A DNA stretch of 64,000 nucleotides from the human T2T-CHM13v2.0 reference genome, Homo sapiens. Of this stretch, positions 60,142-64,000 are shown piece after piece. The notes under the pieces were generated by a model. That model had not been told where the DNA came from. It did not search any database and saw only the letters and a list, made by a program, of their open reading frames with translations. The position numbers and the translations under genes are program-made. The DNA lies in assembly GCF_009914755.1 (NCBI RefSeq), contig NC_060932.1. One strand, written 5' to 3'. Numbering within the stretch: the first letter of the stretch is position 1; the number at the start of each line of letters is the position of its first letter.

Positions 60142-60160
60142 CCTGCCATCTAGTGGCAGG
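60142..60160 (-). promoter_or_regulatory. Candidate CTCF site
   Basis: Minus strand reads CCTGCCACTAGATGGCAGG, matching the CTCF core. Confidence 0.55.
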
Positions 60161-61166
60161 ACACATTAATGCTACCGTGAAAGCCCTAGTGTGCCTGAAA
60201 GGCAGGTTTGCCAGGGACAGTTTGCTCCACTTTACATTTTCCCAGTGTTTCGACCCAATCAACTGTATACAGAGACATCCTTAGGCTTTTGAAATTATCT
60301 CCCATTTTATTCAATATAATTACAGCTGAATTGCAAACATAAATCTCTGACAGCCAAAACATATCTAAGCATTACTTCATTCCTACATTCCCTAAGCGCG
60401 ATTCCTTTTCTTTTATTTTATGTATCTCCAGAAACAAAAAGTGGTTTAGGCATGCTATTCTTCTCCCACAGAGAATGTTTTGACCGCTATTATAAACATG
60501 CACATTGACACTGGAGTCACTGATGTCATGGACTGCTGCCTTCTAAAGAGCTCTTCTCCCCCAAAAGAGTGATAAGATTAAGTTTGAGAAAATAATGAAA
60601 GAGAATCTATCAGTATTCATGCAGACCACTCTAGTAAGGATGGGAGAGCCATTAGTAAATAAGATATAGATCCAGACCTCAGCTTCATTGCTTCCAATCC
60701 TTGTAAGATTTAGAACTCCTTGTATTTGTGAAGTATCATACCCTCTTAGCAAACTCAAGACAATCAACGTCTCATATACATGAGACTAATACGACTGACC
60801 TCATATCTTGTTGCAATGTTGCCCTCTAAGAACCCTTCCAAAAGGAAGGAGTAAATATCAAGCAAGTGTCCTAATAGTTTCTGGTAGGTGTTTTGGCTGA
60901 AAAGCTTGAGATGAGGTTGGCATAGGCAACATTAAGGGGGATCTGTGTTCTCTAGCAGCAGGTGCGTCCACGCCTTCCTGGGTTTGGCTAGCATGCTATG
61001 TTTGATTCATACTATGCAAGGGACTATGTTAAAATGGTAATCTGGATCTGCAGGCAGAAGGAAGATTAGCAGTATTAATCATGAAAGTACGGCAGACTTG
61101 AGGTTTGGGAACTCAAGAATTTGGGGGACTGGGCTGGAGGGAGAGGAGGAACGTTTAAGGTTCCTG

Positions 61167-61572
<406 letters not shown>

Positions 61573-63479
61573 CTAGCGAGGATGGAGTCATGGTCATTAG
61601 GGACTGGATGAACCCAGCAAGGGGGCTTTTCTCCCGTTCTCAGTCACTCCCCTCACCCCCCTCCTTGCCTGGCTGTCCGCTCGTCTCTTCTCTTCCTTAG
61701 CGTCGCCTTCTTCCTCCTTTGCTGTGGCTGGCTTTCTTTTTCATAAGTGGTCATATCAGTTTAATCACAGTTATACATGAAACCTACAATTTTTTATGCT
61801 TATTGAACATTTAAATTAAAATTCGTGAGTTGAATCTTCTGTATTTCTAAACAGTAAGTCTCTAGTGAAGTTTCTTCTTGTCTATGACCTTCAAATTATT
61901 TTTTCTGTTTATGTAGTCCTAAAGAAAAAGAAAATAAATCAAAGGCTCTCTATACCTCAAAATAAAAGCTCTCCTTCCACTCTCATCAAAGACTAGTATC
62001 TAGAGATTGGCTACTCACCAAAGAGCTTACATTTGTGCGTGCTGCTTATGCCTAATTAGAGACTACGCAGAGATCAATCCTGTTATCTTGTGGCTGTGGA
62101 GATGCTTCTTCCTAATCCAGACTTTTTCTGTATTTAAGATAAGAGAACTTGAAAAACCCAGTAATAGTAGTATCCTTAAAATGGCAATAACAAAAAAAAG
62201 TTGAAAATATTTCACAAATATTTATTATAAATAGGAACAATTAAACAACATCTTAGATGAGTAATAAAAATGTAGCTCCTTCAAAGATATGACACCTGCA
62301 TACTTTTCCAAAAGGGTAGACGATGTGAAAACTGGGCAGAATGCTATTCCATTTCCGATTTCAAGACCCTGTAGGACTGTGAGAGGAGGAAGAGCACAGG
62401 GCATCGCCGCATCCAGGATCTACAGAGGCACTATTTGCACTTTCTCCACCGTTTCCAGTATGGAAAATCCGATTCCTTCCTTTTCATACCTTGATGGTCT
62501 CTATTGACCTTCAGTCACTGATTTGCTTCTCTTTGTGAGGGTATTTCAGTCCCAGGAGGAAGTTTTAATTCCTGTTTTTTACTGTCTTCTGATTGGGGGG
62601 GAACACAGGATTAATATTCATGGAAAACATTAAGGAATCCAGAGAAGTTTTATTTTTACATTAATATACAGAATATCCACAGAGAATATAAAAGGCTACA
62701 GCAAAATCAAGTGATTCACTGGGACATAATATGTCTCTCTTTTCAATTATTTAAAGTCCCACAGAAACTTGACTGACATTTTCTATGCATTTTTGAAGAG
62801 AAATGGAAAGAGATGTGGGGTGGGGGGCTGTAACATAGTAGCTATTTCGGGAGAGATTAGCTTGTTGTGTAATCCAGTCACAGAAAGATAATCGCAGACA
62901 CCAGAGCTAAATTTCTTTGACTGAATTCATGTAAATCAGTATTTTTTTTTTTACTTCTACACATGAATAAGAAGTAATTTCATTCACTGTGGTTGCTGTG
63001 TGGTGTAAATACACATATTCACTAATGTTAAGAAAAATTGTGCCTATTATGTATAGTAGTGATGCACATAATTTACACACACTCATTGATTGAAATGTTT
63101 CCCTGTGGATCAGGTGCGTTCATAATCAGATGAAGGAAAAGCAAAGGAGGCATTTGTTTATTTTCCATTTCGTGAATCATAAAATCAGAGGTTTGGGCTG
63201 ACTACCTTTAGGTTCCCTTACGGTGTTTTTTGGGAACCGCTTTGGAGTCAGCTATCTGCTAAGTTTGGAATTGCCACCACGAAAGTAAACACCGTAGTGA
63301 GGAGCGGGTTGAGGAAAAGAATAAATAGTTGGTGGAAGGAACCACCGTACTTGAGGGAGGGGACAGTGGGAACGGCCCCTGTCACAATCATTTATCCAAA
63401 GCATCAACATTCTCAGAGCAAAGAACTTGTGTTTCTAACTCCAGAGGTGCCTGGATTCACAGCCAAAAATGCTTCTTCC

Positions 63480-64000
63480 TCGCTCTCCACAGCCCCTCCC
63501 ATGCCAGACGCCGGCTCGGCACCCCCTCTTCGCTGTGCATTTCTGCTTCCCCCGAAAGCCCGAGTAGTAAAGGGAGGCTCCTTGCGGCCCCCGCGGGCTC
63601 CCAGGGACCCGCAAGTTGAAGCGCGAGGGTTCCACGCGGGCTGCGGGGACGCGGGCCTCGGTGCTGCAGACTTTCTCAGGGCGCCTGGGTCGCGGCAGGC
63701 GCGGAGTCCCGCGCGCAACAGCTGCTCCGCCGGCCTCGCCTCCGACCCCCGCCCTGCGCCAAGCGCGGAAGCGCTCGCGACCTAACTGCCCCGGGTGCCG
63801 GGCGCCTAGGGAGGGGCCGCCACCGCCCGCTCCGCCCCGGGGGCCTGCGCCCAGCAGCCCCCGCCTCCCCGGAATCCAGAGGCCGAGCCGGAGGCGGCGG
63901 GGCCACGGTGGGAGCCCGCGAGGTGGCCCGAGCGAGGGCCCCGCATCCCCGCAGAGCCCGCCCGAGGGCGCAGCCTGCCACGCCAGGGGAGGCGGCCGGG
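63480..64000. promoter_or_regulatory. CpG island / promoter, probably of ZDHHC2 (gene would start beyond the window)
   Basis: Abrupt rise in GC and CpG density, with GC boxes (ccccgccc at 63747-63754, ccgcccc at ~63832). Gene identity comes from recalled MICU3-ZDHHC2 adjacency on 8p22, not from coding sequence in the window. Confidence 0.8.

Noticed and set aside
63297-63785. 162-aa ORF and overlapping ORFs at 63329-63981
   Set aside because: Pro/Ala/Arg/Gly-rich frames are expected from stop-codon scarcity in a CpG island; no recognisable domain.

Overview
Human (primate) genomic DNA, AT-rich and repeat-dense. Bases 1 to ~30210 hold the 3' half of MICU3 (EFHA2, mitochondrial calcium uptake protein 3) on the + strand. 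Six coding exons (6348-6443, 12280-12380, 12980-13151, 21657-21765, 24006-24163, 26271-26339) splice in frame to VLKTDAEE...DVDKDDQLSYKE...FKSCLKKELHSR*. A 3'-UTR-only last exon probably runs from 27860 to ~30210. The rest is intergenic: old L1, L2, MIR, MaLR/ERVL LTRs, hAT and mariner relics, many Alus, and a processed RPL9 pseudogene on the - strand. The window ends in a CpG island that, from recalled 8p22 gene order, should be the ZDHHC2 promoter. I find no support for a new protein-coding system; nearly all listed ORFs are Alu-derived or chance. The most interesting signals are structural: (1) a young AluYa5 that is the only sense Alu seen in the MICU3 introns and creates inverted Alu pairs around the EF-hand exon; (2) a CATGTA-flanked local copy of the RPL9 pseudogene 5' junction; (3) a MADE1/Alu-fragment/Alu nest; (4) a triple LTR nest; (5) head-to-head L2 arms; (6) candidate poison exons; (7) two strong CTCF motifs. 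Repeat subfamily names come from my recollection of consensus sequences, not from a RepeatMasker run.
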